A stretch of 64,000 nucleotides of DNA from a virus. The stretch covers positions 68,558 to 132,557 of IMG/VR virus record IMGVR_UViG_3300044614_000912; one strand, 5' to 3'. The notes beneath the pieces are model-generated. The model searched no databases, was not told the DNA's origin, and worked only from the letters and a program-made list of their open reading frames with translations. A program made the translations under genes and the position numbers. Shown piece by piece: positions 39,592 to 49,023 of this stretch; position 1 is the first letter of the stretch, and every line of letters starts with the position of its first letter.

Positions 39592-40092
39592 TTAATATCT
39601 GAAATAGTTTCCTCTAAAATTATAATCGTTATTTGTTCGGGTGATATATTCACTTCCGGGGCTATATGGGCCAAGCACAGACTGACCAGCGTTGCCAGAA
39701 TAGCCATAGTTGTATGCTAAAGCGTCGTATCTATTACATAAATCTTTGTATAACTCTAATAAAACGGCTGTAATTCCTCGCATATCTATGCTAGAAACTC
39801 CATCTTTTATAGAAATAGCATTAGCAGATTGAGCCTTGACCTCTCCACCTATGATAATACACGCGGCTTTGACGGTTACTAAGTTTATGAAAATGCTATC
39901 TGTGAGCGGGTCTGGAGATATTGTTTTATCTTCTACATCTATCTCGTACTCATTTTGAAAATCAAGCTCCAAGGACACCAACTGTGCGGATACAACTACG
40001 GCAGTATCTATTCTAGAATCTGTGTATTGCACACTATCTAGATCATTTATAAGTTGTCTGACTATAATTCTGGTGTGATCTTGCCAATGCAT
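39592..40092 (-). CDS. Head-tail adaptor-like protein
   Basis: VRQLIND...YTDSRI helical start typical of gp15/gp6-like adaptors; first gene after a late promoter. Confidence 0.55.
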   Translation of the reverse strand: MHWQDHTRIIVRQLINDLDSVQYTDSRIDTAVVVSAQLVSLELDFQNEYEIDVEDKTISPDPLTDSIFINLVTVKAACIIIGGEVKAQSANAISIKDGVSSIDMRGITAVLLELYKDLCNRYDALAYNYGYSGNAGQSVLGPYSPGSEYITRTNNDYNFRGNYFRY

Positions 40093-40142
40093 AGTTTTTC
40101 CTTAGTTTAAAATATAGCTATTTATGCATATCTCTAAGTAGG

Positions 40143-40149
40143 TATACAC
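40143..40149 (-). promoter_or_regulatory. Putative late promoter GTGTATA
   Basis: Intergenic, 51 nt upstream of the ATG at 40092. Confidence 0.6.
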
Positions 40150-40164
40150 TTTTTAGGGTTTTGT

Positions 40165-41220
40165 CTAATTGCTGGTCTTTTTGTTTAGGAGTTGATTTTG
40201 GTCCTCTTTTCTGAGAATATATAGTCTTTCCAAATCTTTGGTGGAAGCAACTAATACCGGTACTCCAAAAGCTAATTTTTCTGAGGCATCTTTGACCAAT
40301 ATATTGTAATCATAAGATCTAATTTCATTTATGAAATCGATGCTATCTTCTGGGTTAATTTTGACATTTGTTCTACTCTTCATGGGAGAATACATAAAAT
40401 CATACTTATCTATATGTTCATTGGTTACTTGGGTAATAACACCGATTAGTTTTTGAAGATTCTGGTATGATGCATCATATAAAATATCTATATCTTTATA
40501 GTCGCCCATACCATTATTTAGATATCTGGCAAAACTACCAAATATTATATATTTAACATTATTGTTATTTAATAGAGTGAATATATCTTGATAGGTCTTG
40601 TTATTAGAAGCATAGGAAAAAGAACTAGATAATCCTAGATAAGCACATACGCCACCAGCGCATTCCCACCCGACTATTGGGCAACAAACTAATGTCTCGC
40701 CACTAGAAGTGCCACATTGGGCTGTTCCCTGCGGACATTCACAATCGCCAACAACTCCGTCTAGACAGCAAGCTCCCGTACCATTATGAGTATATCCGGG
40801 TGGACAGTCTGGTGGGGATGGAGTAGTTGGAGGGGCGGTAGTTGTGCTGCTAGTTTCTGTGGCTGTTGTACTACTAGTGTTGGTTGTATTACTAGTAGTT
40901 GTGCTGCTACTAGTGGTAGTGCTACTGGTAGTTGTACTACTGCTAGTGGTTGTACTACTAGTTGTACTACTGCTAGTGGTTGTGGTGGTGGTAGTGGTTG
41001 TCGTTGTAGTAGTGGTTGTTGTGGTAGTGGTTGTGGTTGTTGTAGTAGTGGTTGTGGTGGTTGTAGTAGTGGTTGTGGTAGTGGTGGAGGTTGTGGTAGT
41101 AGTTGTGGAAGTTAACGTACAGTTAGCTCCACATTGTGCCGCAGAGACATACGGACCACTAACTATCTGATGGATAGTAGGATCATATTCGCTTACTTTT
41201 ATACAGATTTGTATTGGCAT
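40165..41220 (-). CDS. Poly-Thr/Cys-rich protein with a C-terminal Pol-beta-superfamily nucleotidyltransferase-like domain
   Basis: About 95-aa T/S tract, a CC-rich module, then YIIFGSFA...KDIDILY (GS plus DxD motif) and GVPVLVASTKDL. Confidence 0.65.
   Translation of the reverse strand: MPIQICIKVSEYDPTIHQIVSGPYVSAAQCGANCTLTSTTTTTTSTTTTTTTTTTTTTTTTTTTTTTTTTTTTTTTTTTTTTSSSTTSSTTTSSSTTTSSTTTSSSTTTSNTTNTSSTTATETSSTTTAPPTTPSPPDCPPGYTHNGTGACCLDGVVGDCECPQGTAQCGTSSGETLVCCPIVGWECAGGVCAYLGLSSSFSYASNNKTYQDIFTLLNNNNVKYIIFGSFARYLNNGMGDYKDIDILYDASYQNLQKLIGVITQVTNEHIDKYDFMYSPMKSRTNVKINPEDSIDFINEIRSYDYNILVKDASEKLAFGVPVLVASTKDLERLYILRKEDQNQLLNKKTSN
40820..41115. repeat. Low-complexity ACN/AGY codon repeat encoding poly-Thr/Ser
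   Basis: (GTA/GTG/GTT)n on the + strand. Confidence 0.9.
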
Positions 41221-41233
41221 AGAAATTTATAGA

Positions 41234-42682
41234 TTAAGTACATGTAATGTCATATAATGAGGCACTGTCACCACCAACAACTACTTCTATAGAAGTTGCT
41301 CGGGCCGGTTTGATTCCAACAATTGTTCCAACGGGTCCACCAACAAAAGGTTGATATAGTGGATCATTAGCATATTGAGAACCACCAACCCAACCATTTG
41401 TAGAAGCAATTAATACTCCTTCGCAATAAATATCGTACTTATTTGGTATACTAATAATAGGATCATTTTCGAAAGATGGACCGGATTGATAATTTAAGGT
41501 TATCGTTCTCTCACATTCATCAACAGTGTGCGTCTTAATACTATAGTTATTATGCCTTGAGAACGTTGGATCAATAGAGCATGGTTGACTTTCACACGAA
41601 CAGCATAAACAATTTTCGACATTTCCAGTAAAAAGCCATATCGGTGCAACATTACAAGTACAAGGCTCTTTTATTCCAACGATGGCAAATCCTGTAACAC
41701 ATGATACAGTAGCATTACTTAATGACCATTTAGTGGAACAAGATTCTGGGCCGGTATATATTACCTTTGGATCACAAGTAATGGTTGCTTCAATATAATC
41801 TCCACACTCTGTATATCCATTAAATTCCCAAATATTGGGAGAAATTTCTATAAATTGTATTGGGGTCGTAACTGCTCCACTAGAACAAGAAGTGAATTCT
41901 ATATAACTTGAACCATCCCACTGACAACAATCTGCTGGAGGCAACGTCGTTGTAGTACTAGAAGTTGTTGGTGGAATAGTTGTAGTACTAGATGTGGTAG
42001 TTGGAGGAATAGTTGTAGTGCTAGATGTAGTAGTTGGAGGAATAGTTGTTGTAGTACTAGAAGTGGTACTACATTGTACAACCGAAAAACTAAATGTCCT
42101 AGTAATTGTACTGAACCTATTAGCTAAATCTTTTAAACATACATTTACTGTATAGGTTTTTGGTGTGATATTATGTGTACAGATGCTTGGAACTTTGTTG
42201 TATAAGATAAACTCACTTGGCAACTTGTCGCAACAGTCTGGTTCTAATAAATCACAAATACTAATAATATCTATGCGTAATTTTACTCCACTGTCTATAA
42301 CTCGGTCTAGAATAGAGCTATCATCAATTTCAATTTCAGATATAGTTATTAATTGATTATCTATACCCAAAATTTTTAAACCAATATAATTTGAAGTATT
42401 CAATACTGATACTATAACTTTTATTTGACCATATAGAGTAACCGTATTATTTAGATTAACAAGAATTTTTTGAAGATTGTTTATTCCATCTATGGTTGTC
42501 GAAGAAGTAGCAAATAATTGACCGGCTTCAAGTACAGAATCGGTGTTATGTACTAGGTCATAGTTTTTACTAATTTCCCCATCAAATATAGTGATATTCA
42601 TTCCATCATTGGAATATTTACTTCCAATTGGCAAAAATATTTTACCACATGGGCACGAAAATGATGTTGGTAAACTTGTCAT
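41234..42682 (-). CDS. Cys-rich protein with Thr/Pro linker repeats
   Basis: About four TTSSTTTIPP-type repeats, many Cys pairs, C-terminal beta domain. Confidence 0.65.
   Translation of the reverse strand: MTSLPTSFSCPCGKIFLPIGSKYSNDGMNITIFDGEISKNYDLVHNTDSVLEAGQLFATSSTTIDGINNLQKILVNLNNTVTLYGQIKVIVSVLNTSNYIGLKILGIDNQLITISEIEIDDSSILDRVIDSGVKLRIDIISICDLLEPDCCDKLPSEFILYNKVPSICTHNITPKTYTVNVCLKDLANRFSTITRTFSFSVVQCSTTSSTTTTIPPTTTSSTTTIPPTTTSSTTTIPPTTSSTTTTLPPADCCQWDGSSYIEFTSCSSGAVTTPIQFIEISPNIWEFNGYTECGDYIEATITCDPKVIYTGPESCSTKWSLSNATVSCVTGFAIVGIKEPCTCNVAPIWLFTGNVENCLCCSCESQPCSIDPTFSRHNNYSIKTHTVDECERTITLNYQSGPSFENDPIISIPNKYDIYCEGVLIASTNGWVGGSQYANDPLYQPFVGGPVGTIVGIKPARATSIEVVVGGDSASLYDITCT
41940..42072. 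repeat. ~33-bp coding tandem repeat (TTTSSTTTIPP)
   Basis: Repeated GTTGGAGGAATAGTTGTAGT units. Confidence 0.85.
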
Positions 42683-43812
42683 TTTATTGATCGCTGTATA
42701 GAATTTGTGTTGCTACCATTAGTACATAAAGCTTGTAAAACTCCCCAAGTATAACTACTACTGCAATCTAAATTGTATCTACCAGCCCACAAATTAGGTC
42801 CAGCATAATTGTCATTGGTAACTGATGCTCCAGTGCCAACAGTAGCTCCATTTTCTGTGGAGGCAAAATTGATATTGAGATCGGAAGAAAATAACTTAAA
42901 GTTATATAATTCTGTATAAGATGTGTAGCCATATCTACCGTCATTGTACAATCTTAATCGTAAATATCTTGCTGTAATCGGTGAAAAAGTAGAGGCTACA
43001 CCATTAGATGTAGATAAATTATCTAATAAAATGTATCCATGTACTTCGGTCCATGAAGTGGACGATCTGGTATTTAATTGATTATTACTAGATATATCTA
43101 ATGCAACATGAGTAGTCTTGCCATCACTAAACATTTGATAATATCTAGCCATATTAAATGTTCTAGTTTGTCCGAGGTCTACAACAAGATAGAATGGAGA
43201 GGTTAAGCTACCCATACCTGAGAAAGTTGTTCCATTAGTTGAATATATAGGCTGTGCCGTGGTAGTAGTGGTGGTAGTGGGTGATGCCGTTGTGGTCGAA
43301 GTGGTTGTATTTCCAATAGCTATTATAGTATTAGATATTGGAGAATAAGTGCTGTATCCAGCACTATTATATGCAAATACACGAAAAATATAAGCACTAC
43401 CGATAACTAAATTTCGCACTGTGCTAGATGTTTGTGAACTTACACCGTCGTTGGCATTTAGCCAACCAGTATTATTTCGGTTATATTGTATAAGATAGTC
43501 GGTGATTGGTGGGCCACCATTTGACAACGGGGCTGTCCAACTAACTAATGCATAAGAACCAAGTGTAGCATTCCATAATGGTTGAGCAGTTACATTTGTT
43601 GGGGCGGATGGTGGTAGCAGTGGTGTCAAAGTAGTAGTGGTCGTTGTGGTTGTAGTAGTAGTGGTAGTAGTAAATTTATTTTCATCAAAAAACAAAGACT
43701 TTCCAATGACCTTAAAATATGCAGCATCTGTGCCGCCGCATACGCTAATTGCATATGGGCCACAGCCATCTTCTGATACATATATATCTGCTACTTTAAT
43801 CATAATCAACAC
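42679..43812 (-). CDS. Thr-linked FN3 plus F5/8-type C (discoidin) domain protein
   Basis: PSAPTNVTA..VSWTAPLSNGGPPITDYLIQY..YIFRVFAYNSAG is FN3; LVVDLG..ITARYLRLRL is discoidin/CBM32-like; poly-Thr spacers. Confidence 0.8.
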   Translation of the reverse strand: MLIMIKVADIYVSEDGCGPYAISVCGGTDAAYFKVIGKSLFFDENKFTTTTTTTTTTTTTTLTPLLPPSAPTNVTAQPLWNATLGSYALVSWTAPLSNGGPPITDYLIQYNRNNTGWLNANDGVSSQTSSTVRNLVIGSAYIFRVFAYNSAGYSTYSPISNTIIAIGNTTTSTTTASPTTTTTTTAQPIYSTNGTTFSGMGSLTSPFYLVVDLGQTRTFNMARYYQMFSDGKTTHVALDISSNNQLNTRSSTSWTEVHGYILLDNLSTSNGVASTFSPITARYLRLRLYNDGRYGYTSYTELYNFKLFSSDLNINFASTENGATVGTGASVTNDNYAGPNLWAGRYNLDCSSSYTWGVLQALCTNGSNTNSIQRSIK

Positions 43813-44957
43813 CCAATACCTTGATCAACTATACATTGACCAAAACAACAGATTTGTCCATTTGGGCATATGTCTTGTTGCCCAACGCTATTTGGGTCAC
43901 ACTCTGGACATTCGCATCTTGTTGCAACACAGATGCCGCCATATTTGCAGCAAAACCAATTTGGCTCTGGACAACAGCCATCTGGACAACAAGTTTCTTG
44001 CTGACCACATCCGGGGCAATTTTCTATTGGTAGTGAAGCAACAACTCTTTCACTACATAGTGGTGGAGCAATTGTTGTAGTTGTAGTTGTAGTTGTAGTT
44101 GTAGTTGTGGTTAAGATACATGCACCGTCCACGCAATCCCACCCAACCTCTGGACAGCAGACTAAAGATTCGCCACTAGAAGTTCCGCACTGGACAGTTC
44201 CTTGCGGGCATTCGCAATCACCAATAGAACCATCTAGACAGCAAGCTCCGGTGCCATTGTGGGTATATCCGGGTGGACAATCTGGTGGAGGCGGTGTTGT
44301 TTGAGTTGTAGTACTACTAGTTTCGGTCGTGCTTGTAGTGGTAGTAGTACCGGTAGTCGTAGTGGTACTAGTAGATGTAGTGGTAGTAGTACTAGTGGTA
44401 GTGCTGCTAGTAGTGGTACTAGTTGTCGTGCTGGTGCTAGTGGTTGTGCTAGTAGTGGTGGTAGTAGTGGTAGTAGTGGTAGTGCTACTAGTAGTGGTAC
44501 TAGTTGTTGTGCTAGTAGTGGTGCTAGTAGTGGTGCTAGTGGTTGTGCTAGTAGTGGTGCTAGTGGTTGTGCTAGTAGTGGTGCTAGTGGTTGTGCTAGT
44601 AGTGGTGCTAGTTGTTGTGCTAGTAGTGGTGCTAGTTGTTGTGCTAGTAGTGGTGCTAGTTGTTGTGCTAGTAGTGGTAGTGCTACTAGTAGTAGTAGTA
44701 GTGCTACTAGTAGTGGTACTAGTTGTTGTGCTAGTAGTGGTGGTCGTGGTGGTGCTAGTCGTGGTGGTTGGAGGAGTGGTAGTCATTAAGATGACACAAT
44801 AATATGGTTCAGAGGTTGTACTCGTTGGACAAATAATGCCACTCGCTGGGATAATAAAAAAATCTGGCTCTATTGTAGTAGAACTAGTGATGGTTGTTGT
44901 AGTGAAATCAATGTACGGGCTTGCTTGTTTAAAGCATGGAGGATTAGGCTTTCCCAC
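43806..44957 (-). CDS. Mucin-like poly-Thr protein with two Cys-rich modules
   Basis: GTG start; about 160-aa T/S tract of (TTTS)n, followed by CC-rich domains. Confidence 0.7.
   Translation of the reverse strand: MGKPNPPCFKQASPYIDFTTTTITSSTTIEPDFFIIPASGIICPTSTTSEPYYCVILMTTTPPTTTTSTTTTTTTSTTTSTTTSSTTTTTSSTTTTSTTTSTTTSTTTSTTTSTTTSTTTSTTTSTTTSTTTSTTTSTTTSTTTSTTTSTTTSTTTSSTTTTTTTTTTTSTTTSTSTTTSTTTSSTTTSTTTTTSTSTTTTTGTTTTTSTTETSSTTTQTTPPPPDCPPGYTHNGTGACCLDGSIGDCECPQGTVQCGTSSGESLVCCPEVGWDCVDGACILTTTTTTTTTTTTTIAPPLCSERVVASLPIENCPGCGQQETCCPDGCCPEPNWFCCKYGGICVATRCECPECDPNSVGQQDICPNGQICCFGQCIVDQGIGC
44300..44785. repeat. 12/24-bp coding tandem repeat (TTTS)n
   Basis: GTGCTAGTAGTG / GTGCTAGTTGTT / GTGCTAGTGGTT units in tandem. 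Confidence 0.9.
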
Positions 44958-44969
44958 TGTTAACCCCCA

Positions 44970-47900
44970 CTATTGATGACAACACTCACAAGATGTATCT
45001 GATGCACTTATCCATATTGGTCTATATTCATTATTAACTCTCATAGCAACAACATAGGCTCCAGAATGAATAACAGATGTGACATCTCTATTAACAACAA
45101 ATTGAGTGCCGATAGTATTCCAGTCTCTATCCTTGATTTGTAATAATCCACTATTTGGATTTTGTGAACTGGCTGGCGCACCTATTGCCGAGACAGCATA
45201 TCCTTCAATGGTAAAGCTTGCTAAACCACTAGCTAATGTGTCTATTCCAGAATTAGCAATCTGTAATCCAGATTCTAGCACATCTATATCAGTCAAGAAA
45301 TTTGCTGAATCTAATGATGTAGCGTCTGAAAATCTAATAGCTCCTAATAATTTAATATCGCCTTTAAGTTCAGCATATGGTCTAATTGGATTGGGTGTAA
45401 AATATGTTGGACTAACATTCAATGGATCGGCGGAATGATTAAGTTTGAATAGATCAGCAGAGTTATTGCCAGTAAAGTTAAAAACTAGAGTATTGTCGGG
45501 ATAATTATTACCACCGCCATCAATAACTTGTATTGTATTAGTCTTGAAACATAAGGAGTCTGTATTTGTATCGTCATTAATGTATAGTTTTCCGCCGCTA
45601 GGCATCGTTAGTTGCTTATTGGCTGTGGACGGTCCTAAGATACCATGTAATAATACTAAAGAATTTGAGGCTCCAAGGTAAAATTGGTAATCTCCACTGG
45701 TTCCGTTTGCTATTCCATTGTTACCTATAACAATATTATTACTAATATTTGATGATGTCAAATTAAATGAATTATTTCCTACAACAATATTGTTTGAACC
45801 TGTTCTAACAGAAGTTGCAGAAGAAGAACCATATAAAGTATTGGCATTTCCTGTTGATATACCGCTACCACAATTTAAACCAAATGCAACATTGGTGTCG
45901 CCAGTTGTAATACCATTGACAGCTTTATATCCTATAGCGGTATTCCCGCTAGCACTGGATAATGAGGTTCTAGTTTGTGGACAATAAAGACCTCCAAAAG
46001 TATTACCGTTATTATCTGTATACAAGCCGCGACCATCTGTTACGCTGTATTTATTGATTACTAAGTCATGTGCGTTGCCACTACCATCCAATAGATAAAT
46101 TGTTCCACCTTGGTATGGTTCAATTTTTGGTTTAGTGAATAATTTGTTATAACGACTAGTTGAGGTGATTGATCCAGACGCTTCATAAAGACTGATTGTT
46201 GCTTGAGTATTATAAGAATCACCAATAGTTAGCATAGCATTAGCATTGCCGCTAGCAGTAAATAATCCTAGCCTATTAGTATTACCATAGAATCTTAAAA
46301 ATACAGACTTACCAGAATCTTTATAAATACTTAAATCTGCCAGACCGCTACCATTGTAGTATTGAGCTTCAAAGCCATCTAGCAAACAGTTGCTACCACC
46401 GAGAAGCTGAACAGCAGACACTGTATTGCTTTGATTCTCAGCAGTAAGTCTGGCGATAGCATTACCAGCCATACGTAGATTAAGAGAGGTTTCTGGTAAT
46501 ACATTTTTAGCGAGTGGACTTAGATTATTAATACCAAACACACCATCATTATCGCCCTTTAACAGTGTTGCAGCATTAACAAATTTAGATGTTTTGTTAT
46601 ATGAGCCTATGACCAATCTATCTGTTAATTGATTTCCAAATACATTATTGGAATCATCAATATATTGAATTTCAAAGCCCTGTAGTTTATCTTTGTTATC
46701 ATTTAGCGCGTCTTTTGTTCTAATTTTAGCTGCTGTTAAAAATCTTTGACTAACACTTATACCAGATTCTAAAGCGACAATATTTACTATATAATCATCT
46801 GATCTTCCACTGGCAGCAACGAAATTGACATCGCTAATACCAGCTATGTATCCACTAGATGATGCTAATCGGGGATAAACATTAATATCAGCTTCATGAG
46901 CAAAATAAAACTTATCATCCAAAAGAAACGCACCATGACAACCATATTGACTAACAAGGCTTATATCTTTAGGAAATAGAACTCTATCTGTTAACAAATG
47001 ATTACCAGTGGATAAATGTAAACTAATATTACTATTCCAAGAAGCCTTGGCATATGGCGAAGAACTATTTAAACATGATATTGATTCATTTGGTGGCATG
47101 AAATCAAACTTATATTGACGAACATAACCAACGCCACTAGAATTTATTAAAAATCCAGCACCGGTTAATTCTTCATCACTAAGCATACCACATGTATCAT
47201 ATGCTGGCGTATGGTCTTGATAAGCGTATTCATATAGAGACTCTGGACCGCCGCCATCAATGGTATCTATACTACCGCTACCAGCTAAGTTAATAGTTTT
47301 GCATAGATAATCACATTGTTCTATGGCTTTTAGTCTATTAATAGTAGCGATACCGCTAACAAATATATCGTTTAGATAAGCTTTATTCCAAATATTGCTG
47401 GTACTTCCCAAATCATAAAGTTGATCTATGAGTGGTAATAAATTTCCGCTAACGGCAATATCACTGCCACTAGCAGATATTTTAGTATCATTAGAGAATG
47501 CTATAGAGTCTGTGAGAAATAATGTTTTCCATGCATATAACCTATGACCTAAGTTAAATTCAGCATTATTTACTGGAGAAATATCTCCGCTAACTTGTAA
47601 TACTCCATAGTCATGTAATGATCGCGTCTTAATACCAAAACGCAAATCATCTAAATCACCATAAACAAGAGGAATTAAACCAGAACCCAATGGATTATCA
47701 CATATATATTCACTATCTACTGGATGTGATGCTATAAACAATTTGTTACTAGTATTTTTATCAACATAATAGCCAGCAGCGTGACCAATGGCGATATTGA
47801 AATTACCCTCTTTGTTATTTGCCAGAGCATAATTACCAAAACCAAGATTAGCAAAACCAACAGTATTGCCACCTAAAGATGAATAACCAACACCAATATT

Positions 47901-48245
47901 ATCTTCACCGTATATATTACAACTTAAAGAGTGAGAACCAAGGGCGGTATTTCTGACCCCTTGATAATTTGATCGCAAGGCGGCGTAACCAAATGCAGAA
48001 TTATCTACACTAAAATACCCTTCTAAACCAAGTTTATCAATGGACAGTTCGCCAACTCTAGTTGTTCTAGATGGCGGTGTACCAAAATTAGAACCAGATA
48101 AAGGTTTTCCGATTGTTAGTAGATGTACAGAGTCAATAATATCTAATAAATTGTGTCTGATATCATGTGGGGATATTTGACCAGTTGAATTATCAGATAT
48201 TTCATTGACAATGTTCTCAACAAGAATTAACTTGCTTAAGATCAT
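44970..48245 (-). CDS. Long fibre protein (1091 aa) with beta-roll NxAxG repeats
   Basis: YadA-like repeats (NSAFGYAAL, NTALGSHSL, NTAIGYKAV), YDLGSTSNIW motifs, shared N-terminal DNxxGxISxxDxRH domain. Confidence 0.7.
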   Translation of the reverse strand: MILSKLILVENIVNEISDNSTGQISPHDIRHNLLDIIDSVHLLTIGKPLSGSNFGTPPSRTTRVGELSIDKLGLEGYFSVDNSAFGYAALRSNYQGVRNTALGSHSLSCNIYGEDNIGVGYSSLGGNTVGFANLGFGNYALANNKEGNFNIAIGHAAGYYVDKNTSNKLFIASHPVDSEYICDNPLGSGLIPLVYGDLDDLRFGIKTRSLHDYGVLQVSGDISPVNNAEFNLGHRLYAWKTLFLTDSIAFSNDTKISASGSDIAVSGNLLPLIDQLYDLGSTSNIWNKAYLNDIFVSGIATINRLKAIEQCDYLCKTINLAGSGSIDTIDGGGPESLYEYAYQDHTPAYDTCGMLSDEELTGAGFLINSSGVGYVRQYKFDFMPPNESISCLNSSSPYAKASWNSNISLHLSTGNHLLTDRVLFPKDISLVSQYGCHGAFLLDDKFYFAHEADINVYPRLASSSGYIAGISDVNFVAASGRSDDYIVNIVALESGISVSQRFLTAAKIRTKDALNDNKDKLQGFEIQYIDDSNNVFGNQLTDRLVIGSYNKTSKFVNAATLLKGDNDGVFGINNLSPLAKNVLPETSLNLRMAGNAIARLTAENQSNTVSAVQLLGGSNCLLDGFEAQYYNGSGLADLSIYKDSGKSVFLRFYGNTNRLGLFTASGNANAMLTIGDSYNTQATISLYEASGSITSTSRYNKLFTKPKIEPYQGGTIYLLDGSGNAHDLVINKYSVTDGRGLYTDNNGNTFGGLYCPQTRTSLSSASGNTAIGYKAVNGITTGDTNVAFGLNCGSGISTGNANTLYGSSSATSVRTGSNNIVVGNNSFNLTSSNISNNIVIGNNGIANGTSGDYQFYLGASNSLVLLHGILGPSTANKQLTMPSGGKLYINDDTNTDSLCFKTNTIQVIDGGGNNYPDNTLVFNFTGNNSADLFKLNHSADPLNVSPTYFTPNPIRPYAELKGDIKLLGAIRFSDATSLDSANFLTDIDVLESGLQIANSGIDTLASGLASFTIEGYAVSAIGAPASSQNPNSGLLQIKDRDWNTIGTQFVVNRDVTSVIHSGAYVVAMRVNNEYRPIWISASDTSCECCHQ

Positions 48246-48256
48246 GTCGCTCTTTC

Positions 48257-48970
48257 TTATTTGAGGCTAATTTCTAAAGAATTCGTGTCGAACTTGATAT
48301 TATCACCGGTATAAACATACCTTGGATTCTGTAGCTTTGCATACATTAGCATGTTGCCAGAACCGTGCTGTGTGGTATCCATGACCGCCACACCCGACAC
48401 CCATCCCCAATCTGTTAAAGCAGTATCAAAAATTATTTGATTTGCATTTTTAATAAATCCGTTACCCTCATATTTTGTATATCCGGGGTCGATAGCAACT
48501 CCAGATTGCTTTAAACTATCTGGAGCATGAAATAATACATTTGGAAATTCTACAAATCTGAATGAAAAAGAGAAGCCTTGAGCGGAGCCAGTATTTGCAG
48601 AATCTGCATTTTGAGCGGTTTGTTGATTTAAGTATAGAGGATAAAAATAACCACTAGCTCCAGCACTTACTCCCGAATTGCTAGTTCCATATACTGAATA
48701 AGTTGTTAGATCATCTGCTCCAACAGAATTCCAAATAGTATTACCGGAAGTCGCTGGGTTAAATAAGTTTACTCTTTTATAGTTTGTTGTTACAAAGTTA
48801 GTACCTCTTGCGACACCGGATGGTAATTCTGGCATGGTCAATCCAGAATCAGAATCTAACGGTACGCCACTAGTCAAAGCAATAGCGATTGAAGAGGGCT
48901 TTGGGAAAGCTGCGCCTCTAAAAATATGATTAAGAATTCCTGACTCTAAATAATCAGATAGTGCTGCCAT
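48257..48970 (-). CDS. Virion structural (fibre-associated) protein
   Basis: LSDYLE..ILNHIFRG and NANQIIF..A..DWG..GN.L motifs common in phage structural genes; AGGAG RBS. Confidence 0.6.
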   Translation of the reverse strand: MAALSDYLESGILNHIFRGAAFPKPSSIAIALTSGVPLDSDSGLTMPELPSGVARGTNFVTTNYKRVNLFNPATSGNTIWNSVGADDLTTYSVYGTSNSGVSAGASGYFYPLYLNQQTAQNADSANTGSAQGFSFSFRFVEFPNVLFHAPDSLKQSGVAIDPGYTKYEGNGFIKNANQIIFDTALTDWGWVSGVAVMDTTQHGSGNMLMYAKLQNPRYVYTGDNIKFDTNSLEISLK

Positions 48971-49015
48971 ATTTGTCTCCTAATTTGAGTCCTCAAGATA
49001 GTTTATCCAATAATC

Positions 49016-49022
49016 TATACAC
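49016..49022 (-). promoter_or_regulatory. Putative late promoter GTGTATA
   Basis: Directly abuts the U-tract of the MCP terminator; 46 nt upstream of the ATG at 48970. Confidence 0.65.
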
Positions 49023-49023
49023 C

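Noticed and set aside
40644-44290. Duplicated Cys module as a DGR template/variable repeat pair
   Set aside because: Differences are largely synonymous and not adenine-specific, both copies are coding, and no reverse transcriptase is in the window.
44300-44785. CRISPR array
   Set aside because: Short in-frame tandem coding repeats without unique spacers; no cas genes.
40786-44802. Plus-strand poly-Val and Ser/Gly/Cys ORFs (40786-41170, 43637-44080, 44259-44802)
   Set aside because: Antisense shadows of the poly-Thr codon repeats.
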